From: the human T2T-CHM13v2.0 reference genome, Homo sapiens
Assembly (NCBI RefSeq): GCF_009914755.1
Contig: NC_060935.1
Length of the DNA: 64,000 bases
Strand: one strand, 5' to 3'
Position 1 is the stretch's first letter, and every line of letters starts with the position of its first letter. The notes beneath the pieces were generated by a model. The model worked only from the letters and a program-made list of their open reading frames with translations, did not search any database and was not told the DNA's origin. Of the stretch, positions 43,240 through 58,000 are shown one piece after another. The translations under genes were made by a program, and so were the position numbers.

Positions 43240-44475
43240 CTACAGAATAATAATAATAATAAAAACATATTATCAGCAAATCAGTACCATTCCCACTGTG
43301 AGTATCGTAGGCAGACAGGTGAAGCTTCTGATTTATCTCTTGAGAGTTTTCCTTCTACAGTATTAACCCATTTTGCATCATGCCATGTATTTTCCCCACA
43401 GAAACTAATATGAGGCACTCGGCAATTACCCAGAACTTCCCAATTTCAATTATGATAGTATTTCCTAGGAATGTTTTCTTCAATTCTTTTGTAACAGCTA
43501 TTAAGTTCAATAAAATACACATTGGCTGCCTACAATAAACCCAGGCCCTGGGGATAGCAGGGAGGGTGCCCTGCAGAAACATGAGTCACGGTTTTTCCTT
43601 TCCAGCATATGTAATCTGCATGAGGTAATGAGCAACTGAAATCAAATGGCACGTCTTCATATTTTCTTCTACATTTTAACAAGGTTTTCAAGGATGGTCT
43701 AGCAAGCAGTGATAAATTGAGTTAAAAGAGTCAACTTTATAATAAAAGATATTTTTAAACTTAAATGATCTTTTTTTCCCCGTTCTTTGAGGAGACTAAC
43801 AAAAAGGCAGAGTAGGATGGGAAGCAGGTGATCCAGGGCCCCACAGCCATGACTGTCACAGCAGTCAGCCTGACTTCCTCCATGTCCCAAGAGAATTCAA
43901 GCAAAGGTTCTTTCTGGAGCATACTGGATGGGCCACAAGTGCTTCAGGCAAAATATGGAGTCTGCAACAAATATCTAAGCAGCTCATGACCACATTTCAT
44001 AATCTCTTCTCCACGATGGCTTAAGACAGAGGTTCTTAATCCCAGATCAAGAAATTAAGCAACAGAGACTGAACTTGGAGTTTCAGACTTAGAGAGCCAT
44101 GAATGGGACACCAAGATCCTAGAACCTAGATGTTATTAGGAAGTTATGATAAGAAGAACCAAGTTCTCAGTAGCAAGAGAGAGAATGTTTTAAATAACAA
44201 AAACCTGTAGTCAATTAAGCAGAAAAAAAGCACTCAAGGCCTCATCAAAGCATTGATCCATTACAGCCAAGGATGAATTCTTGGGGAATACGAATGTAAT
44301 ACAAACCCTTCAAGATGTGAGGCAGCATGGTAGCCTTCTACCTCTAAAAAGGCAATCTGCAGAAAGGGTCTAGCATAGTGCTGATACCTAAGAAGCAGTT
44401 AATAAGTATCAATTTCCAATTGCTAATCCTTCAAAGTGGCTGTCTTAAAAATATATCGTCTAAAGGAGACCCCAG

Positions 44476-44789
<314 letters not shown>

Positions 44790-46329
44790 CTATGTCAAAT
44801 CTCACTTAGACCCACTCCATGTCCACCTCTTCATAAAAACATCCAAGACAGATGTAACACTCTCCCTACCTAACACTCTTCGAATCTTTAACATCCTCCT
44901 TGGTAGGCAATGGTTAAAGTTAGAGGAAAGTGAGCTTAAATTGAATCAAGGGCATCTACTGAGATCTACTCTACATTACCACGTAGGAGAACCCTTTCAC
45001 CACACAAATCTAAGGCCTCAGATACCTACTGCACATTAGCCAAACCAATTCACAAATTAATTTTAGGAGGAATCAGCTTCCAAGTGTTCAAAGGAGAGGT
45101 ACAGAGCAACTTCTTTCAGCAGCTGCTTTTCACTTATACCAGGCCTCAGACTGGCACAAATGTTTCTACTCATCCAAACAGACTCAAAGCAGAGTAAATG
45201 GTATGCACCTAGGAAAGAAAAATCATTCCTGAACGAAGAGGCAATGGAATGGTTAAGAAATCTAAAGAGAATGAATCAGACATAGTGATCCTAGTGCACA
45301 CAGAAAGCATGCTTTAACAACCTAATCCATGACCAATCTAAATCCAATCATCATCAGTCACTAGCTCAGTACCCCTTGGATCTGGGCCTCTTGCACTGGC
45401 TTGGCAGTTCCTGAGCTAAGATAACTTTCCCCTTGGCAACAAACTGAAAAGGCAGTGGATATCCACAGAGGGATGATCCTTCCAATAACCTCTGGTCATA
45501 AAACATGGAACAGAAAGCAGGAACTAGAGTGTACAGGGCCAGTTAAGACCAGAATGACCTCATTTGTACAAAAGGACATTTTTTTTTCTGTACCAGGAAT
45601 TTCCCAGTCATTAAAAAGCACATATTTGTGAAAGGAGTTAAGCCTTTTAAAGATCTAGCTTTTTTCTTGTGTGAAGCAATTACTTCCACTCCCAGCAGGA
45701 GTTAAATTTATAGTTTCCACATACATTAAAAAGAAATGTTCTCTGAGCACATCCAACAAAGCTTCAGGTTGATAAAGCATTTATGCACTTCCTATTTCTT
45801 GCCAAAGTGGGCAGGCACATTCTAATAGCCTAAACCACAAGCATAGAGGCTGACTGCACAGCATCTCCTAACTTCAGCAATCCAAGACTGACTTCAACAC
45901 AGCCCTGGCCCCTCCGAATATCTTATCACCATGGATTCATTCCAGTTTTCAGAGTGTGTCTGAAGGCCTCAACCCATGGCCTGATCAGTGAGAGACAAAT
46001 TCACATAATCTCAGCCTCTCTGACCTGAGTAAAAAGCATGAAGTGAAGACCCACAAACGGGCCAAAGCCTTCCATCAGATGATTTCTGCCTCTGGGGTGG
46101 TAGGGTCCAGCTCTCAACAAACTTTTATTAAGTGTCCATGTATGCCAGTGATGCAAGTCAATGTAGATCAGTGGGAACAACAAGGGCTTTGAAAACATGC
46201 AGACTGTCTATCCTCTTCTTTAAGAATGCAGCTCCATAACTGGCTCCTACTTAAGAGAACCATCCAACATTCTACAGGCCAAGATCCCAGTCCTCTTATG
46301 TGCATCTGTCCTTTTCTGCAAGGAGTTTG

Positions 46330-46630
46330 GAAAGATGATTTAGAAAAGAGGTTTTAAAGTCAAACTGAATTCAAAAGCAAGTTCTATGACTCACTAGCTA
46401 GATGACCTTGGGCAATTTACTTAAGCTCTTCTGAAACAAGATTCCTTATGCGTACCTTATTTTTTTTTTAGTTAAATGATCTTTTTAATTTTTTTATTAT
46501 TATACTTTAAGTTCTGGGATACAAGTACAGAATGTGCAGGTTTGTTACATATGTGTACCTTATTTTTATGGGAATGCACTGAAATAATTAGAGCAACATC
46601 TCTGACACACAGTCGGTGTGTAATAAATGA
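46330..46630 (+). mobile_element. MIR interrupted by a miniature L1
   Basis: cactagctagatgaccttgggcaatttacttaagctct...tctgacacacagtcggtgtgtaataaatg. Confidence 0.7.
46465..46554 (-). mobile_element. Extremely 5'-truncated L1PA (about 90 bp) with TSD
   Basis: ttattattatactttaagttctgggatacaagtacagaatgtgcaggtttgttacat is the L1PA 3' terminus; TSD gtaccttattttt at 46452-46464 and 46555-46567. Confidence 0.88.
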
Positions 46631-47269
46631 GAGATATGGCTATGCTAAGCTGAAAAACATGGTTCCTACCCTCAGGAGTCTCATAATCTAATGTAGGAAC
46701 ACAGACTTCAATTAGAAAACTCATCCCACAGGTGTAATGTTTCAAGATCTTCATCATCGAAAAAAAATCAATAAAGCTACCGATACTTCTCATTATGAGA
46801 AGTTGACACCAATTCCAGTGAACAGAGGAAAATTCAGAAAAATGGCAGCCAGATTTATAAATATTTCCAATGAAACATTAAGATCAGTTGAGAGAGACAG
46901 TGATACAAGCAGAATTCTCAATATTAAGGCTGAGGATAGTACTAAAGCCAGGCCTGCCAGTGAGTAGGAACGACACTGAAACATCATAGCTAAGGTCAAG
47001 ACCCCAGGCATTTACTTTACAGCTAATAAGAAACAACCATGAACTTCCTTCCTTGTATACAAAGAATGTGCAACAGGATTGCTGAGTGGCCTACTAATTT
47101 TATAGCCCTATGCTGGAGGATCAAAGAGACGAGGGTGGGAAAGGAGAAAATCTACTGTTCCTACTATCATAAAAAGAAAGTCAAGAGGTCTGTAATTTTT
47201 CTCTCCTTCCCCCAAACTAAGACATAGATAGTGGCCTCCTAGTGTCCCAAATCAACACAAACTAGCAAT

Positions 47270-47730
47270 GGAGAGGAAGCCAGCTGGAAAGAGGAAGCAG
47301 CCATCAGTGTCCTGCACACATATTTTCTGTGGTTCAAACAGTGGGTACCAAGAGAGGGTACCCAAAAGCCTCCATCATATGGCGGCAAAAAGCCATCTTC
47401 ATCTCTAGTCTCACTAACAGCTTCACTATACTTGACCAACAGTGACTGAACCCCACAGACTAAATGTTATGCTCAAGAAAGGTCATGAGATCCGAACAGC
47501 CAACCACGAAATAGTCCCAACAGAGCCAGAGAAATGATCCCTGAAGAGTGGGAGGAAGCAGTCCCCAGCAGCTGGCCCTGCAGGCTCAGACAGTCCCGCT
47601 GAGGCTCCCACACAGTCCCTGCTCTGGATATCTGCACCAGATGGTGCGGGGATCAGGCAGGAGGCAGAGAGTAAAGATGTGTCTCTCTCTCTCTGTGTGT
47701 GTGTGTGTGCGCGCACGCGCAGCGTGAAAC
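47270..47730. promoter_or_regulatory. Candidate intronic regulatory element (YY1-, CTCF- and NRF1-like motifs, E-boxes, Z-DNA-prone repeat)
   Basis: Locally GC- and CpG-richer unique sequence: ATGGCGGC 47379, GCCATCTT 47392, GCACCAGATGGTGC 47634-47647, CGCGCACGCGCA 47710-47721. Motif-level evidence only. Confidence 0.4.
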
Positions 47731-47754
47731 ACAGTTGTCATCGCACAAAATACA

Positions 47755-47890
47755 TGTATGTCTCAATTTTACAGAGATGAAGAAGCTGCAGCTCAGGGAG
47801 GTTAAGCAAGTGTCACAAGATTACACACCCAGTAAGTAAATAAATCACTCCAAAACAGAACTGACTTCAAAGTGTATCCTTTTGCACTAG
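47755..47890 (-). mobile_element. MIR fragment
   Basis: tcaattttacagagatgaagaagctgcagctcagggaggttaagcaag. Confidence 0.7.
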
Positions 47891-48077
47891 ATGCCTTTGA
47901 GGCTCCCTCTTACCTTTCACATTCTGAAAGTCTATATTCTTATTTGATACACACAGCACTTCATCATGCCAAAAAAAGCCACACACATAATTTAAAAACA
48001 ATCAAACTTCTCATTTCTGCTTAGTGACATATACTCACAAGACACAAACTTAATAGAAACAATAGGTCTGCCTTTAA

Positions 48078-48405
<328 letters not shown>

Positions 48406-48497
48406 ATTATTTTGTTTATTTAAATATGACAAAATATATCTATCAAGGTCAGAAACTAAACAATGTAGGTATATATTTAATCACTACTGCTCTAAGC

Positions 48498-48648
48498 CAA
48501 TGGTTTTAAATTCTGCCTCACATTAAAATCACTTGGGGATCTTTATAAAAAATACCAAGGTCTACGTGCCACCCCCAGATTTTCCAGTTGAATTGGTGCG
48601 GGGGGACCCAGTTGCTTCCAATGTGTCGTTACGGTTGAAACCTTTCAC
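48498..48648. mobile_element. MER5A-like
   Basis: caatggttttaaattctgcctcacattaaaatcacttggggatcttt...ggttgaaacc. Confidence 0.65.
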
Positions 48649-48964
48649 TTAAGATATAAATATGATGAAAAAGACAAAAACACTGTGAACTTTATCTGAA
48701 TAAGTCGGCATTAATGAGAATAGGCTCTTAATTCAAGTATCAAGAGAAGTAAGCTTCTGAGATGGATACTCATAACCGCTTAATTCAAACAGAGTCCCTT
48801 TCATTAACTGTCACTAATGGCTTATAATCAAATATGAATTTGTTAGATAAGCAAAGAGCTATGCTGCTTGAAGCATAAATACGAGATTTTTTTCTTTAAT
48901 CTCACAGTAACCCACTCCCATGCAAATAATTCAGCATTTAGTTTTGTGCTAACATGCACATAAA

Positions 48965-49225
48965 AATACAACAGCTAGAATGACTACCGTGTTTTACGCC
49001 AGGCACTGCTTTAAGCCCTCTATGTATATGAACTTCTTTGATTTTCACATCACCACATGAGGTAGGTGTTATTATTTTTCACAGTTTATGAAGGAGAATA
49101 CTGAGACACAAACTTTAAGTTGCCCTGTGTCACACAGATAAAAAGGGACAAAGCCAGGATTGAAACCCAGGTAGGTAATATGGCTCCCAAATCTAAGCAT
49201 GTAACCTTCAACCTTTACTGCACAC
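48965..49225 (-). mobile_element. MIR
   Basis: gccaggcactgctttaag...atgaggtaggtgttattat...aagttgccctgtgtcacacag...gccaggattgaaacccagg. Confidence 0.8.
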
Positions 49226-49393
49226 AATATTTAATGTTTTTTATTTGGTTGAGCACTTTACAGTTTGTATTTTTAATATATATTATCCTAATTGATCCTT
49301 GCACCAATCAAGTGAAATAATCAGACTGGTGTTATTATCACTAAAAAAGAACAAAATTTAGAGAGATTAGGTAATCTGTTCACCCTCACGTGA

Positions 49394-49737
<344 letters not shown>

Positions 49738-50669
49738 AGAACATGTCATCTCTTAGGAAACTGTCTTCAATAAGTAAGTAGTTTTTTAATGTTACATAAA
49801 ATTACAAAATCACGTGTATTCAAACAATTGATTTTTTTCTTGAGAACACACAACATTCTTTAAATCAAAGCCATATCAACAAGAAAACCTATAAGCAAAA
49901 TCAGGAATTAAATTTTATTTTAAATAATTCCACTTCCCCTTTCTTAGCTTTCTGTCATCCTCTAGCTCACCTTTCCCCACCCTCTGAGCACCCGGCGTCT
50001 TTGTGTTCCTTTCTGTTAGGCCAGATCCTCACCACCATAATCTAAACTTTCCAAAAGCCATTCTTTGCATATTCCCTTTCTTTCCCTCATCAAAATTCCA
50101 AATCCCCTTACTACCTTGTTCTAAGATGATGCTCAAGAGGAATCCTAACTCCATTCCCTCAAAACCTCAAGCCTGAATCCTTGCTAAGGTAAATGATGGT
50201 GTGAATGAGCTTCTCTACAATATAGAAGATGGTTGGAATCTTTAAGAGTTTAATTTTAGTAAACAGGCTTGTCAGAGAAAGATAAATTGTGGGGACAAGG
50301 AACCCTTCTCATCATCCTCCAGGTCACAAAGTGGAGATCACCACCTTCTCCATAACATGAGAACACATTGTTTCTTAGGATACCCTATGTCAAATTCCAC
50401 AACTTAATCAGAATTATAATCTTAGATATGCTTTCTTTGTAGGTAGGCCTGTAGACACCAATGGATCAAATTATATAACTGACTTTATCACTAAAACTAA
50501 TCCAAATAATGTCATTTCAAACAACCAGTTTACTTCTGAAGGAGAGGTAATTGTGTAGTCATCAATCTTGCTAGATATCCAGACATAATGTTTACTTTCC
50601 CAGCCTCTGACTAAACTTACTACATATAAGCCAAAAAATAAAAAATAAAAAAAAGACTGCAAATTAAAT

Positions 50670-52770
50670 ATAGAACTTTGAGTCAGGACCTCTATATTAC
50701 AAATCCAGCTGTGCTACTGACCTTTTTTTAAAAAAAATAAAATTAGCCAATATCTCTTCACCTGAAAGTCCTCGGGGGAAAAAAAAGCCTCAATTTTCCC
50801 ATCCGAAAAACATATGTAAGAAGTATGTAGTTCTCAGGGTCATCTTCAAGTACAGCACTGCAAAGTTTAAGCACTCGTAAATACAGAGTTGGAACATACT
50901 GGCGGTTAAACAACCTTCTCTGGGTAATCATAACCACACTTTTTAGAAGGATAGCAGCTTTATAGGAAGGTAGGAATACCATTTCAAGTGACCTACAACA
51001 CTAATTTGCTAAGCAAAACTAGAAGTTCAGATAATTAGTTACAAAATGCAAAAATCCTAGGGGTGCTAAAGGAAAAAATAAAAAGCTAGAGATGCACTAA
51101 AATTAGGGTTTTTCTATCCATACTGGTTTAACATCTGGGCCATTTTTTCCAGTCTTCATTTTATTCTCCTTGTGAACACAGGTATATATTTGCATGACCT
51201 CATTAGAGCTTGGGGTAAATGTTGACATTATGCTAATTGACCCATCTGGGGATTCAAACTAATAACCTTTGCCTTATTAGAAGTATGCTCTAATAGCAAA
51301 CCACAGTGGTTATCATCACTATTATTGGTTATAATTGATTATACTTAACATATAATCAATATTGTAATTAAGTCTTCCTATACAAAATGCATGTTTGCTT
51401 TCCCAGTATTTTCCCCTTTGTTACATCACTTTAATGCCTTTCCAAAAATAGCCATTGAATTTCAATTTGATACAAAACCTAATACCATCAATACTAATTT
51501 GAGCTGAAAACATACACTCCCTGAAGTATGAGTTATTTAGTCTTTCTTCTGCCTTCAGGCAAGAACACACTTAAGTCATCCAAGGATGTCTGATGTTTTC
51601 AAAGAACTCCAGAGAGTAACACCACCACCTTCGGTTTGCATAACACATTATGGTTTTTACAAATCACTTTTTTTTCCATCCTATTAGATACTCACAACAA
51701 TCTCACGAGTCTCAGATTTAATTATCCACATTTCACGAATGAAAAAACTGAGCATCAGAGAGGTTAAAGTGTTTTGCCTCAGCTACAGAACTGGAAAGGA
51801 ACACCATCAAGACCAGGTCGTGGGTCTCCTGTGCTCTTTCTGTCACAAGCTGCATCCTCCATTGGTAATTTATTTCACTTTGGTGACCATTAGGAAATAC
51901 TTACCATGTATCTAACTGAAATTCCTTATTTCCTTTTGTCTTTAATGGAATGAAAATGAGATTGTTGTTTTCCCAAAATTGTAAACAGTGTCACTATTAC
52001 TTAAATAGGTCCAGTATGCTCATTAACTTCTTAATAGTGAGATTTTAGGAGATATTAATACTTGCTTCACTGGTCACCATCACGGCCAATTTGGTTCAGT
52101 GTGAATGAAAATACCGATGATAAGACAAGATGGCACTGCTCCTAGACATTTTCTCAGGAAAATGGATCATGGTATAGCAAAAGCCTTTTGGTAGACGTGG
52201 CTTCCATCTTAAAGCCCAAAACCAAACAAAACTTCACAGATGGCATAGGGCTGATTCAGTCTTCAAAGTGTAAAATGGGGAAGCTTTCTGGGTTATTCAC
52301 TGTAATAGCAACCAGCTTTGTGCTGAGTGCAACACTGGACCCTACGTGTCACATGCATCAAGTAATTTGATGTTCAAAATAATCTTACAAGAGAGTCAGA
52401 AGTATTACCCCGGTTTTATGAATGTGAAAAAATGAAACCCAGAGAAGTTTAAAAAACTTGCCCAAAGTCACTTAGGTAGTAAGTGTCTGAGTCACAATCC
52501 AATCTAGGTCTGACTCCCTCCAAAATCTCCAACCCCTTAACCTGCCCTTCTAAGCTGAAATACATTGTTCTATCTTCACCAACAGCAGAAAAGATTATAG
52601 TTGAAAGGGATTAACTCCTGGCTAGCCTGTGTGATTTGGGATACAGGATTTATTTTTCTGAACCTCAATTTAATTTTCATAAAATGGGAAAATTCCTGAA
52701 TAACCTTTTCTCAGGGCTGTTGAAAGATCAAAATGAAATAAAACTATAAAGTATTACACAAATATGTGTT
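50670..52770. mobile_element. Cluster of four MIR remnants (about 50670-50880 +, 51640-51850 -, 52300-52540 -, 52600-52770 +)
   Basis: MIR cores: gcctcaattttcccatccg; aaaaactgagcatcagagaggttaa; aacttgcccaaagtcac; tctgaacctcaatttaattttcataaaatggg. Confidence 0.65.
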
Positions 52771-54789
52771 ATGTGATGATTAAACTCAATGTATAAATCT
52801 CTTGATTATGAAGTAGTCAAAAAATTGCTAAATTGAACTAAACTGACCATGTCTAACATCTAGGACTGTTGCCAGCCATGCCTTACAGCCCAAAGATGCC
52901 AATTAGTAAATGCTGCAAAGCTAATTAGTGACATTTCAGCTCATAGGTACCCTACTGGATAGGAATGGATCTCATGAGAAAATCATTTCTAGTCTTTCAG
53001 ACACCTTTGTGGCTTCAATTTGAGTATTTCCAAAGAATTCTCTATTGTGCCCAGTACTTGGGAGTTTCAGTGGGGTATTTCCCAAGAAGAGTCTGAGAAT
53101 AAAGGAAGTAATATTTCTGCCTGACAGTTAAATTATAAAATTAACACATAAAACAAAGAGATATGCTGTCAACCCTAAATGCACTAACTCGAACAGTAAT
53201 TTGTAAACCAGTGGCAGAGAATTTGCTCCAGTCGCATGCCTGGGTTTCACTCCAGGCAAAGTAGGCCATTGAGCAATAGAAGCAACATATCTAAAGGTGA
53301 CCAACAAAGGGAGGATATGGAGGAAGTGGTAAAATTAGAGATGGCAACCCATAGGAAAAAGAAGGGGAGGGGAATTGTTTATGAAACATTATATCTAATA
53401 CTGTTTAGGAGCATATGGGCCCTCTGTCACAGTGAGAAAGATTATCCCTAAAGTAAGAAAAATGATTCAACCATCTTAACTAAAAATGAGTCTTATGAAT
53501 GCCCTTGAACATCAGTTCTCACTGGCAAGGCCTTCCCTACAGCTGGAAAGCTCTATAAACTGGATTAAAGAACTTAGCATGAAATTAATTTTGCTTTGAC
53601 TCTAAATGGATTAAAGCAAACTTCTAATTATGACTTGGTTCCTCAGATAGTCTGATCAGGTAAGAAATGTGCTGAGCATTAAGATTTTGAGTAATAAGAC
53701 ACATTTCACAGTTACTTCTCCTTGTAAATAAGTAAATCATCATTTACATGTCAACCAAAGTGCCATGGGCATTTTGTTTAGCCAGTCAGTGGCTAAGAGA
53801 CTGATTATTTCAGGACACTGACAAGAACACGTCCTTGGACTTTAAAAGTCTCAGATGCTGAGACATGTAGAAATCATCAACATACTACTCAGGGTGGGTC
53901 CTGCCTAGCTCCATTGCTTCCACTTCTCTTGAAAGAAAAAACTCAGTAAGGGTCTGAATATAATTGGATCTAGTGTTGACTATAATCTGATGATCCAAAC
54001 GGATATAAAACGTGCTTACTAGGCAGATGTTTGGCAGATAATGACTGCCACATCATCAGTGTCTATGATGCACTAGATTCCTAAGTTAGAGATACAGAAT
54101 AATCACTTTTTCTGGAAAAAAAATTCATGCAGGCAGAAGATTAATACTGCATAACATAAAAAGTCTTTTTTAGTTTAACTCTAAACTATCTGAGCACATT
54201 TTTTAAACTAGCTATCACTCTATTACATATTATATTATTTCCTCATTCCTTCTAATAAATTATTTATGCCAAGATACATGGATGTATGGGTATGCATAGT
54301 TTATATACAATATAGGTAGAGAAATATATACCCTTATGCATGTAACTATTTATCTGATAATCAAGACTTCCTTCATATTCAGAAATCAAATGTCAGGTAA
54401 TGTCATTCTTCTTCCCGCACTCTATAGCATAAACTAAGCTGTTGGCAGTATCAGTGGCTTTTGTCACTTTGCTCCTAGCTGCCTCACCCACAGAAGCCCA
54501 GAGCATACAAACATGACAGCGGACAGGCAAACTAGGTCAGCCTAGAGGCAGAATCCTGAGGAAGAAAGAGCCCTTTATCATTTCTAACACAGGCCTATGT
54601 TGTGTAAACTCATCACACAGTCTGGAACTAAACAACTGGTAAGAGGTACAAGGCCCACAAAAATCGCTACCACCACTCCTTAACAAGTCAACAAAGTAGG
54701 AGCCATAGGGGAAGCAAGATAGGGAACCCCCCCCCCACCCGAACAAGACTATATATTAAGGTTAGACCTCTTCGTGGCTATGCTGAGAA

Positions 54790-55012
54790 ATAATAGCATG
54801 GTAGAAAGAGCTTAGGGTTTGCAATAGGAGAACCGGGCACTAAAATGTCGGTGGTTACCAACTTTGGGCCTTGGTTCCTTCACCCTTACATTGGGCCTAT
54901 CAAGAATCCATGTCCTGCCTACCTCATATACTTCCTGGGTGAATCTAAGTGGGATAATGTATGTGAAAAACATGTTTTAGAAACGCTAAAGAGATGTCAC
55001 TTATTGCTACTG
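54790..55012 (+). mobile_element. MIR
   Basis: atagcatggtagaaagagcttagggtttg...gggccttggttccttcacc...ataatgtatgtgaaaaac. Confidence 0.65.
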
Positions 55013-58000
55013 TCTTTTCTGTAGGGAAAGTATGTATCCGCACATCAATCTCTCACAGTCCTGAGGTGGGGAAAACTGAAAAGAAAAAAATAAAGTGATG
55101 TCACTAATGCCTTGTATTTTTAGGTGTTAAAAAAAACAGTATAGTTGGGCAAAGTCCTGGCTTTTCAAAATTCTCTTCAAATCTGCTTACTCTAAAAACT
55201 AATCAAAATAAGCTGTTTATCACAAAATGGCCATCATGATGTGAATTGTTGTGGGGGACATTTTCGAAGACCTCCAGCAAAAGACATCAAAACTTGCTCA
55301 CTTGAGAACCAAACTGTAAACTATGTAGTATTTCTGGCCATCTGTTTGTCTCATTACCTAATGGAAAATTAGTAACTTGGAAAAGGAGAGAGAGAGGGTG
55401 AAAGGATGTGAATAAGAAAGGGATATTGGGAACAGCTGCTTACAGAGGAGAGGAAATGTTTCTGACATGGCATCATGTTTTTTCAAATTCTTCCTAGATA
55501 TTACATCAGTTTAAATATCTTGCTCTACCATTCAGCTTTACAAATATCTGTCAAACGTTGTCCTGCACAAGTTATATAAGTAAGCATGTGCATATATTCA
55601 CACCGGAATTTTAATGTTATGATGCTTGAAAAGAAGGTACTGACTGGATATCACTTACTATTTTCCAGCTTCTAAAAACATTTTAACTTCCTTGCATGCA
55701 TAACGACTCTTAACTGGAATTTCCAAGGCAAACCCAGTATGGGGCATGCATTATTACCACAACACATATTAATCCATAAATTATTCCTATAAATAGCAAA
55801 ATCTCTGGAATCTCTAAGCATTATAAAACATAAGGACAACATCAGCCCCATTTGGTCCTGAACCTTATTTAAAATGAGCCCTAAAGTAGCAGTAATAGTT
55901 CATTAAAAAAAAAACAGTTTATAATCCAAAATTTAAAAGTATAATGCCACATCATCAAAAATGCTATATATTATTATTTTGTTTTTACTTCCCAATGTAT
56001 CCATCTTATCACTACAGACCAAGAACATTAAATAATTTACCGTCGCAAAGGAGATCTCCAGATGGCTGACTGAGAGATCCCAGAAGCATCACTGCTATAT
56101 AGTCATCACTACGTGGCAGAGTCTTGTGGGGCCAGACACTAGATTTGATTTTAGGAGCACCAGGAGAGCTATCTCCATCCCACCCACAACCCCATGTTCC
56201 TCCAAAAAGGTTACTTTCCACTCCTATGCAGGTCCTTACAATCAAGAGAGGTTCTTTTGAATTAATAATTTTACATTAGGTATTTAAAATGTACATAGTA
56301 CAATTTATCTGGGAGAGTCTTACAGCAGATTTTTGTGGCATGAGGTTCTGATATAGGAATAAAGACAGAGAGAGAGAATAAGGATTACTAAAAGTAAATG
56401 CCCCCACTTAACATTTTCGTAACCTTAATCCATAATATATCAGAGGTTGAACTAGTATAAAATACCAAGGCAGAAACTGATAGGCTTGACTTTAATATGC
56501 CCATGATTCATTTCTATTAGTCACTCTGGAAGAGCAAAACCATAATAAACTTTGTTATTTTAGGTTTTTAAGATGTTTTCTTGATGTTATGTAACATCTT
56601 TACATGGTTTATAAGATTTGTGGATTTATAATCACACAAAGTAGCTGAATACCTTATCTAATGGCCAAAATGTGTTGGTTTGATCTTATTTGTAGATCCT
56701 TATTAGCGGATTCATATTTTATAGTTATACAATTGGTAATATTTCGTTGACTCATACTTGAAAGTGACTTACTAGTATATATTCTTTGAAAAAGTATGTT
56801 TCTTGGGGTAACTTGTAGTACAATACTTTTTCCAATTACATGTCCAATGGAATTGTTAATTTCTATCACTATAGTTGCCATTAGCACCATTAAGGTGATA
56901 TATTCCACCTGTATAATCAAAACAATTGGATATTTGTGTTCACTAGGTGTTTGAGACCTAGATTATCTAGATTTTTCTAAACAGTCAAGAAAGCTAGATT
57001 GATGGTAGAAAATTACATTTACAACTTAATTTAATATTTTATTCCTTCCATTTTTCCCTCACCCGCAACCCAAGAATGCAGCTGAATAAGGAGATAAAGT
57101 GCCTAAGTCCTTAGAAAATCAGTAGGCAGCAGCCTCCTCCACCACAATTCATATAGTTAGCCACCTGCAATAAGCTGCTGGAGAATCCCATCCATTCTCC
57201 TTCAGCAGGAAAGTTAGGTTTATAAATTGCAGGTATACTTTTGGAGAAAAAAATTTAATTCAGAACAAAGGGGAAGATTGGTTTTCTTTGAAATGTGTTT
57301 ACAATGGCAATAAGTTAACACAGAAAAAGAGAGAAAGACTTTATAGCTTGCAAACACTGTCAGGTCCACAAAGCATTTACTGATCTTTATGTCAGGTGGA
57401 AACAATAAATCTCTCTTCTCCAACTTCCACACTAGAAACTCCCTCATATCTGTCTGAAGCTTCAAATGGAATTACAATAGTCTGTATCTAAGGTTTACTC
57501 TTTCCCTCCATCTCTGTTCCATTACAACCCAATCATCTCATCATTATCACTCCCTACAACAATGCCTTTGGAGGCATATTCTTTTGTTAAGGAAGTAAAA
57601 GACATTTTCATTAGTTGTGGCAAATTTTAAAAAGATACAATAAGGGTAATTATACCTACTCCAGATTTCTATTATGTGATACTTTTAAATTCAGAATCTA
57701 ATGACAGGGTCATCTCTCTCCCTCTCTCCTGCCCTATGAAATCAATAGTAGATTGGTAGATAAATACATAGATATAAATAGATAAATACAGATCCTTCAA
57801 ATATCCTATTAAAATAAATTTGGGTTTACATGTGTAAATACTATGATAAAAACACAATTTGTAAGACTCTCTCTATCCTTTCCTTTTTAGAAAATAACAA
57901 ACTCCTTAAGCCAAAAAGCAAATAATTGGTAAGACAACATTTAAAATCAAGACATGATTCATACACAAATTAAACCAATCACACAAGGGAAAGAAATGAA

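Noticed and set aside
43761-43775. 15-bp match (ttaaatgatcttttt) to the mini-L1 transduced segment at 46472
   Set aside because: AT-rich matches of this length are expected by chance in a 64-kb self-comparison; there is no L1 at this site.
46737-47011. Overlapping 72-76 aa ORFs on both strands
   Set aside because: No recognisable family and no convincing splice-site pair.
51899-51922. Strong minus-strand donor ATG|GTAAGT with an AG 11 nt upstream, as a microexon
   Set aside because: The upstream sequence is purine-rich with no polypyrimidine tract, and 11 nt would shift frame.
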